Shown here one piece after another: positions 47,622-58,165 of a DNA stretch of 64,000 nt. The notes below the pieces were generated by a model that saw only the letters and a program-made list of their open reading frames with translations, was not told the origin of the DNA and did not search any database. Source of the DNA: an uncultured delta proteobacterium (lineage in GTDB: Bacteria; Myxococcota_A; Polyangia; Fen-1088); contig CAVYGB010000008.1 of the NCBI GenBank assembly GCA_963767925.1, positions 1,152,001 through 1,216,000 of the forward strand, in the 5' to 3' direction. A program made the translations under genes and the position numbers. The first letter of the stretch is position 1. Every line of letters begins with the position of its first letter.

Positions 47622-47622
<1 letters not shown>
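47055..47622 (-). CDS. TlpA/ResA-like membrane-anchored thiol-disulfide oxidoreductase, +1 frameshift near 47312
   Basis: N-terminal TM; APDF.L, LNFWATWCPPC..EMP.L, then YPETFLID in the shifted frame; 188 aa after correction. Confidence 0.88.
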
Positions 47623-50225
<2,603 letters not shown>

Positions 50226-50357
50226 GTGCGACTCCGTCTAGAGCTCGATTGTCCACGGTAATACCCGATGACCCCAGGCCCAGCAACAAGACCAGCAACC
50301 CGGAGTGGTTTCTTGCGTCGATCCGGCTTCACGTGCTATGGACGGGCCCCTCGTATC

Positions 50358-50430
<73 letters not shown>

Positions 50431-50531
50431 CATACACCCTCCCCCCGCTCGGGGGAACCACCATGTAGGCGCGCGGGCCCGATGTCGGGCCGGCAGCCGC
50501 AGGGTGGACGCCCGGAGCGTCGACCCCGGGC

Positions 50532-51473
50532 TCAGACGTAGTTGAGCCCGTAAAAGGGCAGCGGGAGGTGGGCGTACGCCTCGGTCCACCAGGCCGCGCT
50601 GAAGGGGAAGCGGAGCTCCTCCCGCGGCCAGCCCAGGGCGCGGGCGGCCTCCTCCAGGCTCAGGTCGTGGGGAGGTACGACGATCTCCAGGGCCCCCAGC
50701 CCGAGGGCGCGCATGAGGGTAGGGGCGGCCTCGGCGACCGCGGCGCGTTCCCCGGCGACCTCGAGGACCCGACCGGTAGGAAGGGCCGCCTCCGAGGGGC
50801 GCAGGCTGGCCACCGCGGCATAAGCCACCCGCCGGCCCCCCCGTTCGATGACGAAGACCTGCCCCGGTGAAAAGAACAGGATGCCCGCGGCCAGCAGGCG
50901 GCTCCAGTCTTCCGGCGACCGCTCGAACCGGACCGGCTCGGCGGCCTGAAGCGCCCGTACGTCGTCCAGGGCAGACGGCCCGTACGGAACCGGTTTCACC
51001 AGCGGCGGACTGATCGGCCGGGCTGGCGCCCCCGAGACGCGGTAGCGGAGACAGGGCGGGTAGGGGGCCAGGCCGGCCCGCAGGTAGAGGCCACGGGCCC
51101 CCGACACCAGAGCGAGATCGGCGCCCAGCGCGCGGGCTTGCCCGCTGGCGGTGGCGAACACCCGGGTGGCCAGTCCGCGGCCCTGGTGCTCGGCCTCGGT
51201 AAAGACCGCCCCGAAGCAGGCCACCCGGATCCGCTGACCCGAGATCGCCGCCTCCCGCAGCACGAAGCCGACGTGGGCCAGAAGCTCGCCGGAGTCGCTC
51301 TCGGCCAGCCACAGGTTCCCGGCGTTGGCCGGCTCGAACAGCAGCGGATAGTCGCGCCCCATGGAGCCGAGGCCCGGACGCAAGGGGGTGCGGAACACAC
51401 GATCCGCAGCGGCGACGATGCGCGGCAGGTCGTCCGGGGTGGCCGGCCGGATGGCGGGTCGCTCGTCGTTCAT
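50532..51473 (-). CDS. GNAT-family N-acetyltransferase (Eis-like N-terminal domain)
   Basis: V.T..EHQGRGLA acetyl-CoA motif and LY.R.G. Confidence 0.85.
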   Translation of the reverse strand: MNDERPAIRPATPDDLPRIVAAADRVFRTPLRPGLGSMGRDYPLLFEPANAGNLWLAESDSGELLAHVGFVLREAAISGQRIRVACFGAVFTEAEHQGRGLATRVFATASGQARALGADLALVSGARGLYLRAGLAPYPPCLRYRVSGAPARPISPPLVKPVPYGPSALDDVRALQAAEPVRFERSPEDWSRLLAAGILFFSPGQVFVIERGGRRVAYAAVASLRPSEAALPTGRVLEVAGERAAVAEAAPTLMRALGLGALEIVVPPHDLSLEEAARALGWPREELRFPFSAAWWTEAYAHLPLPFYGLNYV

Positions 51474-51512
51474 CCCTGCGCCTGGCCGAGCGGGGACGTG
51501 CTAATGAGGGCC

Positions 51513-52103
51513 ATGGCCACCACCCTGGGCCGAGATATTCGCACGATTCCCAACCTGATCACCCTGTCTCGGATCGTGCTCATGTTGATAGCCACCGCCC
51601 TCTATTTCGGGGGGCGGCAGGGCGTCGCCATCGTGCTGGCGGTGCTGGCCGGCGTGACCGACTACCTGGACGGGGCGATCGCCCGCGCGACCGGACAGGT
51701 CACGCGGCTGGGCGAGATCCTCGACCAGTTCTGCGACCTCTGTTACGAGTCGCTCGCGTTGACCGTCGCCATCCAAGCCGGCTTTTTCCCCCCCTATTTC
51801 ATTCTGCTCTACCTTTTTCGGGAATTCTGGGTGCTCAGCATCCGCCGGTCGATGGCCCACGCCGGCAAGAACATCCCCAGCAGCTTGCTCGGCAAGCTGA
51901 AGACGAACTTCGTGATGTGGGGCTTTCTGCCCACCTTCCTTGCGCTCAGCGGCGTCTTCCCCGCTGCCACGCCGTTCCTGACCCAGGCCGGTCGCATCAT
52001 CGTGGGCGCCGGGCTGGTGCTGAGCTACCTCAGCGGGATCGGCTACACGCGCGCGTTCGTGGCCGGCTACGAGTCGCTCGGCGTCCCCCGCCGGTCGACC
52101 TGA
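51513..52103 (+). CDS. CDP-alcohol phosphatidyltransferase (PgsA-like)
   Basis: IPN.IT..R, TDYLDG.IAR..GQVT.LG..LD..CD and GKLKT motifs. Start 51504 or 51513. Confidence 0.9.
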   Translation: MATTLGRDIRTIPNLITLSRIVLMLIATALYFGGRQGVAIVLAVLAGVTDYLDGAIARATGQVTRLGEILDQFCDLCYESLALTVAIQAGFFPPYFILLYLFREFWVLSIRRSMAHAGKNIPSSLLGKLKTNFVMWGFLPTFLALSGVFPAATPFLTQAGRIIVGAGLVLSYLSGIGYTRAFVAGYESLGVPRRST

Positions 52104-52137
52104 TCGGCCCTTGGGCCGCTCGGTCGCCGAGAGCGCG

Positions 52138-52212
52138 CGGCCGTTGGGGTCGAGGAGATTGCGCGATACCGCTCAATTGGGCGCGCGCAACCACCGGCCG
52201 TTTTTCTTTTTT
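52138..52212 (+). terminator. Long hairpin followed by a T-tract; putative intrinsic terminator
   Basis: CGGCCG...TTGCGCG / CGCGCAA...CGGCCG followed by TTTTTCTTTTTT. Confidence 0.5.
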
Positions 52213-52268
52213 GAGGTAGCGGTTTTCAAACCGAACAGATGATTTTCCGAACGGAGGGTGGCCGACCT

Positions 52269-52533
52269 TTGCGGGATCGAGCGCCCCGCTTCGGGAGTGC
52301 CGACCAACAGTCGGGAGCGGGAACCGACCGATGGCGCCACCCGCCTGGCACCATCCACCAGGAGCAGCGGAACGGCCGAGGTCAGAGACCGGAAGGCCCG
52401 GGAACGGCTTGATCTCCGCAGTTCTGCTGCTCCTGTGGATTTCCTCTCCACAGCGCGCGAGGAGCGGTTCGCTCCGGGCCTTGCGGCGGGAGCCCTTCGC
52501 TCAGGACGCGTTCATTCTGAATTGGCGCCGCAA
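52269..52533 (+). ncRNA. Candidate rod-shaped structured RNA (unassigned)
   Basis: Nested stems centred near 52397, including 52359-73/52421-35 (15 bp) and 52378-84/52410-16, with G-U pairs on the + strand; lies in a 640-bp convergent gap. Confidence 0.3.
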
Positions 52534-52740
52534 TCGGGTAAGGAAGAGGTGCAGCGCCAGTTGCTGCCGGTTCTCGGCGCGATTGCGCCGGATGTGAGGC
52601 CCCCTGTTGCTTCGTCTGGTAAACGAATGAACAAACGTCGATTCCGGCGATAAGTGCCAGATTACGTTGCCACATCTTCCGCCGCAGCCACGACCGCCCC
52701 GGGCAGGCCCGGGAGAGCGGTGGGGGCTGCTGCCCGACGG

Positions 52741-53094
52741 TCAGCGCTTCTTCTTCTTGACCGGCTTCTTGGGGGCGCTGCGGGTGGCCTTCTTCGCCGG
52801 CTTTTTCTTCACCGGCTTGCGCGTTGCCACTTTCTTTTTCTTCTTGCGAGCCGGGGCCGACTTCTTTCGTTTCTGTCCACCCACGGCGCGTTTTGCCCGG
52901 GATACATCTCCGTCTCGGTCGACGAAATAGATGTAGTTGTTGTCCATTTCAAAGCCGCCATCGGCGACCCGTTCGGGCTTTCCTTTGGGGACTCCAGGCT
53001 GCTTTCGTCGGACGCGCCAGACTGACCCGTCCTTCACGTAAAGCATGAAATCCTTGTCTCGCGAGATTCCGAGCTTTGCGACTTTTTCGGCCAT
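52741..53094 (-). CDS. 117-aa basic protein: duplicated repeat of about 35 aa plus Lys-rich histone-H1-like tail
   Basis: GGAG ribosome-binding site and own promoter; repeats EKVAKLGISRDKDFMLYVKDGSVWRVRR and ERVADGGFEMDNNYIYFVDRDGDVSRAKR. Confidence 0.85.
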   Translation of the reverse strand: MAEKVAKLGISRDKDFMLYVKDGSVWRVRRKQPGVPKGKPERVADGGFEMDNNYIYFVDRDGDVSRAKRAVGGQKRKKSAPARKKKKKVATRKPVKKKPAKKATRSAPKKPVKKKKR

Positions 53095-53142
53095 TTTCTC
53101 CGCCCTCCGTCGAAAAAATGTGGCGAAACGAGCAGGGGTGGC

Positions 53143-53170
53143 ATCGTATCCGTCGGAGAATTCGTGTCAA
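53143..53170 (-). promoter_or_regulatory. Strong sigma70-type promoter (TTGACA-16 nt-TACGAT) for the basic protein
   Basis: Near-consensus hexamers seen on the minus strand. Confidence 0.65.
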
Positions 53171-53224
53171 GGAGATTCCCGGCGGATTTCCTCGACGGTG
53201 CGGCGCCAGCGCCCGAATTGAATG

Positions 53225-54139
53225 TCACGATTTCGGGCTGGTCTTCCGGATCGGTTTCAGCGCCGTCTTGCCTGACATCTTGCCCGCTTTTTTGCGGAAT
53301 TTCGGCCGGGCCACGTAGATGTGCTGCTCGACTGGCTCGAGGGTGGACGGCTGCAGCGGTCGGGCGTCGAACCCCCCGAAACTGGAGGCCAATTCCAGGT
53401 CTGCCCGGGCCAGCAAGCGCACCACCTCGTCGGGGGAGAGTTGCCGGTGGCACAGTCGGTGGACCCGTTCGGGACCCCGGCGGTTCCCGCGGGCGTCGAC
53501 GGGCTGGTAATAGAGGCGGATGTGCAAGGCTCGCCGGATCGGGTCGTAGCGGTGGTTGGTGGTGTAGATCAGCCGCTCGCCGGTGGTGGGGTGCCGAAAC
53601 TGCGTCCGGGCCCAGCGCCGCTCGGGATCGCGGGCGATCCAGGCCGGATCGGGGGGCAGCAGGTCGAAGGCGAACCAGCCGTCGGGCACCAGGGCCCGTC
53701 GGACCGCCCGGAAACACGCGATCAGATCGCGGTCGTCCACCAGGTGCTGCAGGCTGTGGAAGGCGGAGATCACGAGGCCGAACCGCCGGTGCAAGGCGAA
53801 CGATCGTATGTCGGCGCGCAGAAGCAGCGCGCGAGGGCGGCGCGCCGGCGACAGCCGGGAGAGGCGCCGGGACGCTCGAACCAACATGGCCTGCGATCGA
53901 TCCAGCCCCACGACCGCGTGCCCGTCACGCAGGAGGGGCAACATGAGCCGTCCCGTGCCGCAGGCCAGGTCCAGGATCGGTCCCCCGTCGCGTTCGCGCC
54001 GTTCCTCGGCCAGGCGGCGGTAGAAGTTCACGTCCACCCGGCGTCGCCGGTATTCGAAGTCGTAGAGGGTCGCGTCCTCGAAGGGCTCGCGGGCGCCCGC
54101 TTCCTCCTCGGCGCGCGAAAAACTCGGCCTTGGGGGCAT
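53225..54139 (-). CDS. Class I SAM-dependent methyltransferase
   Basis: ILDLACGTGR, VVGLD.S..ML, AD.R.F.L and L.P.G.F.FD motifs. Start at ATG 54139. Confidence 0.88.
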   Translation of the reverse strand: MPPRPSFSRAEEEAGAREPFEDATLYDFEYRRRRVDVNFYRRLAEERRERDGGPILDLACGTGRLMLPLLRDGHAVVGLDRSQAMLVRASRRLSRLSPARRPRALLLRADIRSFALHRRFGLVISAFHSLQHLVDDRDLIACFRAVRRALVPDGWFAFDLLPPDPAWIARDPERRWARTQFRHPTTGERLIYTTNHRYDPIRRALHIRLYYQPVDARGNRRGPERVHRLCHRQLSPDEVVRLLARADLELASSFGGFDARPLQPSTLEPVEQHIYVARPKFRKKAGKMSGKTALKPIRKTSPKS

Positions 54140-54174
54140 GGTCGGGCCCGAGTATAAGTGCCCGGGCGACGGAC

Positions 54175-54897
54175 ATGGCAGCAAGTGAGACGAAGGCCGG
54201 TAGCGGGCCCATCGCGGCCGTGGTGCTGCTGTCGGGCGGCCTCGACTCGGCGACCGCGCTCGCCCTCACGCGCGCGGCGGGCCGGATCTGTCACGCCCTC
54301 AGCTTCCGCTACGGCCAGCGGCACCAGCAAGAGCTCGCCGCGGCCGCCCGGCTGGCGCAGGTCCTCGGGGCGGCGTCCCACCACGTGGTGACCGTCGATC
54401 TCGGCCAGCTCGGGGGCTCGGCCCTCACGGCCGACATCGCGGTCCCCAAAGGCCGCAGCCACGCGGAGATCGGCGCCGGCATCCCCGTCACCTATGTGCC
54501 GGCCCGGAACACGCTGTTCGTGGCCCACGCCCTGGCCGCGGCCGAGGTGTGGGGCGCCCAGGAGATCGTGATCGGCGTGAACGTGCTCGACGCCTCCGGC
54601 TACCCCGATTGTCGGCCGGAGTGGGCGGCCGCCATGCAGGAGACGATGCGCCTGGGGACCCGGGCGGGCGTGGAGGGTCGGCCCATCCGGCTCGTCACGC
54701 CCCTCATCGAGATGAGCAAGGCCGACATCATCCGGGCCGGCACCGGGCTGGGGGTCGACTACGCGTTGACCCACTCCTGTTACGACCCGGCCGAAGACGG
54801 GGCCGCCTGCGGCGCCTGTGATGCCTGCCTGCTGCGCCGCCGCGGCTTCGAGGAGGCCCAGATCGCCGACCCGACCCGCTACCGGGGGCCGGGCTAG
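54175..54897 (+). CDS. queC: 7-cyano-7-deazaguanine synthase
   Basis: LLSGGLDS, YGQRH, TYVPARN, SGYPDCRP and T.SCY...CG.C..C motifs. Confidence 0.96.
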   Translation: MAASETKAGSGPIAAVVLLSGGLDSATALALTRAAGRICHALSFRYGQRHQQELAAAARLAQVLGAASHHVVTVDLGQLGGSALTADIAVPKGRSHAEIGAGIPVTYVPARNTLFVAHALAAAEVWGAQEIVIGVNVLDASGYPDCRPEWAAAMQETMRLGTRAGVEGRPIRLVTPLIEMSKADIIRAGTGLGVDYALTHSCYDPAEDGAACGACDACLLRRRGFEEAQIADPTRYRGPG

Positions 54898-54952
54898 TCG
54901 GGCCCGAGCGAAGCGAGGGAACCCGACTACTTCGAAAACAGTCCCTGGCCTC

Positions 54953-56506
54953 CTACGGCTCGGTCGTGTTCCAGCGGCCGCCGAAGGCCCCCGTGCCCAA
55001 AAAGACCGGGCGGTGGTCGGGAGCGGCGCCCAGGCGGGCCAGGTCGGGGATGGGGGTCCGTCCGCTGGCGGTCAGCGCCGCCACCGCCACCGTTCGTTCG
55101 GGGCGGTCTCCGCGTTCGGGGCGGTCTCCGCGTTCGGGGCGGTCTCCGCGTTCGGGGCGATCCGGGCGGGGGCCGGCCGGGCCGGCCGATTCGCCCCGAT
55201 CCCGGTCCCTGTCCCTGGGACCGCGGCGGCGTTCGAACTCGCTGGGCGTCTCCAGCTCCCGGGCCAGCCGCTCGTCGGCCTCGGCCGAGATCGGCACCAG
55301 CTCGCCCTCGGCCAGCAGGGGTCGGCCGGCCAGCCGGGGCTCGACCGCCTCCGCGTCGCTGACGATCTCGTGCAGGCGCAGGGCATCGTCGAGGAACTCC
55401 CGACCGGCGAAGCGGGGGCGCCTGCGCCCGGCGTTGCTGGAAGGGAAGATGTAACGCATGGCCAGCAGGATCTGCCGGGCCAGCTCGCTGTCGCGGCGGG
55501 AGGCCCGCACCTGCTCGAGGATGGGGGCGATCGCCTGCACCACGAGATGGCCGATGTCGCGCACGTTGTTGGTGTCCGGGTGCAGGGCGTCCCGCAGCGT
55601 GGGCAGCAGTACCGTGGCGAGGATCAGCGAGTTCGAGGGGGCCGAGTCACGGCGGGCGGTGGAGCGGTCGAGCGCGGCCAGGTAGGCCTGCAGCCGGTCG
55701 CGGGTCATCCGGGCCTCGCTGCCATCACCATCGAGCGCCTCGCGCCCGCTCTGCTCGAGGATCGTGTCGAGAGCCGGCACCAGCAGGCGCAGGAGGCTGG
55801 TCCGTTGCAGCAGCTCGATCGAGCGCCACGCCGCCCCCGCTCGCAGCAGGCGGTAGAACTCCTCCGAGACGCGGGCCTGGGCACACTTCTGGATCTCGCC
55901 AGCGTGCTCGAGCATCCGCCGGTAGGTCTCGGGCTCGATGCTGAGGTTGCAGCGGGCGGCGAACTTCACCGCCCGCAAGATCCGGATCGGGTCCTCCCGG
56001 AAGCGGATGTCAGGGTCCCCGATGGTCCGGACCAGCCGGTCCTGCAGGTCGACCATGCCGTTGACGTAGTCGATCACCTGGCCGGTCTCGAGGTCGTAAA
56101 ACAGGCCGTTGATGGTGAAGTCGCGCCGGCGGGCGTCCTCCTCGGCGGTGCCGAAGACGTTGTCCCGGCGAATCAGGAGGTCCTGGTTGTCGCTCTCCGT
56201 GCTGGCCTCGCCGGGCTCCTCCTCCGTGTCCCGGGGGTTGGCCCGGAAGGTGGAAGTCTCGATGATCTTCGAGCCGAAGAAGATATGGGCCAGCCGGAAG
56301 CGGCGACCGATGATCCGGCAGTTGCGAAACAGCCTCCGGAGCTCATTGGGGGTGGCGCTCGTCGCCACGTCGAAGTCTTTCGGCTTCAGGCCCAGGAGGA
56401 GGTCGCGCACGCAGCCGCCGACCACGTACGCGGCGTGGTCGAAGCGGCGCAGCCGGAGGACCACTTTCGCGGCGTCGGGGTCGATTTGATCCGGAGTGAT
56501 TTGCAT
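54953..56506 (-). CDS. pcnB: Poly(A) polymerase I
   Basis: VGGCVRD, KDFDVAT, PAP-specific IIGRRFRLAHI, RRDFTIN and RF.EDP.R.LRA motifs. Start is probably ATG 56506. Confidence 0.9.
   Translation of the reverse strand: MQITPDQIDPDAAKVVLRLRRFDHAAYVVGGCVRDLLLGLKPKDFDVATSATPNELRRLFRNCRIIGRRFRLAHIFFGSKIIETSTFRANPRDTEEEPGEASTESDNQDLLIRRDNVFGTAEEDARRRDFTINGLFYDLETGQVIDYVNGMVDLQDRLVRTIGDPDIRFREDPIRILRAVKFAARCNLSIEPETYRRMLEHAGEIQKCAQARVSEEFYRLLRAGAAWRSIELLQRTSLLRLLVPALDTILEQSGREALDGDGSEARMTRDRLQAYLAALDRSTARRDSAPSNSLILATVLLPTLRDALHPDTNNVRDIGHLVVQAIAPILEQVRASRRDSELARQILLAMRYIFPSSNAGRRRPRFAGREFLDDALRLHEIVSDAEAVEPRLAGRPLLAEGELVPISAEADERLARELETPSEFERRRGPRDRDRDRGESAGPAGPRPDRPERGDRPERGDRPERGDRPERTVAVAALTASGRTPIPDLARLGAAPDHRPVFLGTGAFGGRWNTTEP
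55095..55159 (-). repeat. In-frame 18-bp tandem repeat (CGTTCGGGGCGGTCTCCG x3 plus a partial copy) encoding RGDRPE in the PcnB tail
   Basis: Exact copies at 55095, 55113, 55131 and a partial copy at 55149. Confidence 0.92.
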
Positions 56507-56573
56507 GAGATGGCGCTCCGACGGGTAGCACGCGGCGCCCGCTGCGGCAAGAACGCCGAGTCCCGGACGGGCG

Positions 56574-57017
56574 TCAAAAACTCGGGGGTAAGGGGCCGTC
56601 GAGGTCGATCCTGGCGGGGGGCTGGGCATGGGAACTTCTGGCCCGGGCGGTCCGGAGACCGGGGGGACGTGGCCGGACCGCGCCCCGCCGGGTGGGGGCA
56701 GCGACGGCGCTGGGCGCCGGCGCAGCGACGGCCAGCGGGGTGGCAGGGGGAGGGCTGATCGTCGCCAGGACGGTCTTCTCGGGGGGCGGCCCCGACGGGG
56801 CGCGCGGCGCAAAGGCCAGCACGACCGCCAGCGCGCTCAGGAGCGTCACCACCGCGCCCAGGGCCACCTTCCGGCGGGGCGGCAGGCGCGGGCGGCTGTC
56901 GGCCGGCAACCCGGCCAGCTCGGGCTCCGGGATGGCCAGGGCGGGGAGGTGGATGTCGCGACCCAGGACCGTTCGCCTGGGAATCCGGCCTGCCGGTCGG
57001 TGCTCCGAGTGACCCAC
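56574..57017 (-). CDS. Hypothetical single-pass membrane protein with Pro/Ala-rich tail
   Basis: One TM segment (VALGAVVTLLSALAVVLAFA); fills the gap upstream of pcnB. Confidence 0.55.
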   Translation of the reverse strand: MGHSEHRPAGRIPRRTVLGRDIHLPALAIPEPELAGLPADSRPRLPPRRKVALGAVVTLLSALAVVLAFAPRAPSGPPPEKTVLATISPPPATPLAVAAPAPSAVAAPTRRGAVRPRPPGLRTARARSSHAQPPARIDLDGPLPPSF

Positions 57018-57124
57018 CCTGATTTGCGTTCCCCCCCTTACATGAGTTTAGCCGAAATCGGCGGTTTTGCCGTCGGCCCGGACGCCGGGTGGGGTGTCGG
57101 GTATATACTGCGCCGCTCCTGTCG

Positions 57125-58165
57125 ATGCGCGTTTGCTTCGTGGTCAATAGCGTCCGTACCCAGCGCTCGTCGTACACGACGGTCCACCTGGGTTTTGCCG
57201 CACACAGGCGGGGCCACGACGTGGCGTTCGTCTCGGTGGATCACCTCTCTCACGACGGGACCCACGTCTGGGGCAACCTCGTCCGGGCCCGCGGCGAGCG
57301 GCCCCGCAACACCGTGGCTTACGTCAAGGGTCTTCGCTCGGCCGACGCCTCCAAGGAGCAGGCCCGGCTCGACGACTTCGACGTGGTCTTCCTGCGCAAC
57401 AACCCCCACGTCGGCGGGCCCGAGGGGGACGGCTTCAACCCGGCCATCGAGTTCGGGCGCCGGCTCAAGCAGAGCGGGGTAATGGTGTTCAACGACCCCG
57501 ACGGCCTGGTCCGGGCGGGCTCGAAGATGTACCTGGCCGGCTTCCCGGTGGAGATCCGGCCCCGCACCCTGATCACCCGCTCGGTCGAGCGAGTGCGCTC
57601 GTTCCTGCGCGAGCTGGATGGCCCGGCGGTCATCAAGCCGCTGCATGGCTTCGGCGGGCAGAACGTCTTTTACGTCGGGCGCGGCGAGCGGGTGAACCTC
57701 GCGCAGATCATCTCGACCGTGAAGAACCAGGGGTACTTCATCGTCCAGGAGTACCTCCCCTCGGTGCGCCACGGGGACAAGCGGGTGCTGCTGCTGGGGG
57801 GGGTCCCGGTCCTGGTGGACGAGCACTGGGCCGTCTACAAGCGGATGCGGCCCAAGGACGACAACCGCAACAACATGCACGTCGGCGGGGCCCGTCGCTC
57901 GGCCAGCCTGAGCGAGGGGGAACGGCGGATCTGCGACCTGATCCGCCCCCGCCTGGTCGCCGACGGCCTGTATTTCGTGGGCGTCGATCTGGTCGGGGAC
58001 CGCATCCTCGAGATCAACGTGTTCGCCCCCGGCGGCATCCACAACATCAACGAGCTCTACAGCGTGGACGTGGCGGAGGCCGTGGTGCGGGATCTCGAGC
58101 GCAAGGTCGAGCTCAAGCGGGCGTTCCGGGAGCCCTTGCCCCCGCACGTCATCATGCGGGCGTGA
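57125..58165 (+). CDS. Glutathione synthetase-like ATP-grasp ligase
   Basis: D..FLR..P, N.P.GL, P.TLIT, IKPL.G.GG..VF, QEYL....GDKR and GVD.VG...EINV..PGG motifs. Confidence 0.85.
   Translation: MRVCFVVNSVRTQRSSYTTVHLGFAAHRRGHDVAFVSVDHLSHDGTHVWGNLVRARGERPRNTVAYVKGLRSADASKEQARLDDFDVVFLRNNPHVGGPEGDGFNPAIEFGRRLKQSGVMVFNDPDGLVRAGSKMYLAGFPVEIRPRTLITRSVERVRSFLRELDGPAVIKPLHGFGGQNVFYVGRGERVNLAQIISTVKNQGYFIVQEYLPSVRHGDKRVLLLGGVPVLVDEHWAVYKRMRPKDDNRNNMHVGGARRSASLSEGERRICDLIRPRLVADGLYFVGVDLVGDRILEINVFAPGGIHNINELYSVDVAEAVVRDLERKVELKRAFREPLPPHVIMRA

Noticed and set aside
52432..52446. RNase P RNA suggested by GAGGAAATCC on the minus strand
   Set aside because: The consensus is GAGGAAAGTCC, and the 3' ACAGAA...CGGCTTA element is not found.
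52104..52740. ORFs of 88-131 aa in the convergent gap; retron msr-msd; oriC
   Set aside because: The ORFs lack coding-type codon bias and recognisable motifs; there is no reverse transcriptase nearby; only poorly matching DnaA-box-like words occur.
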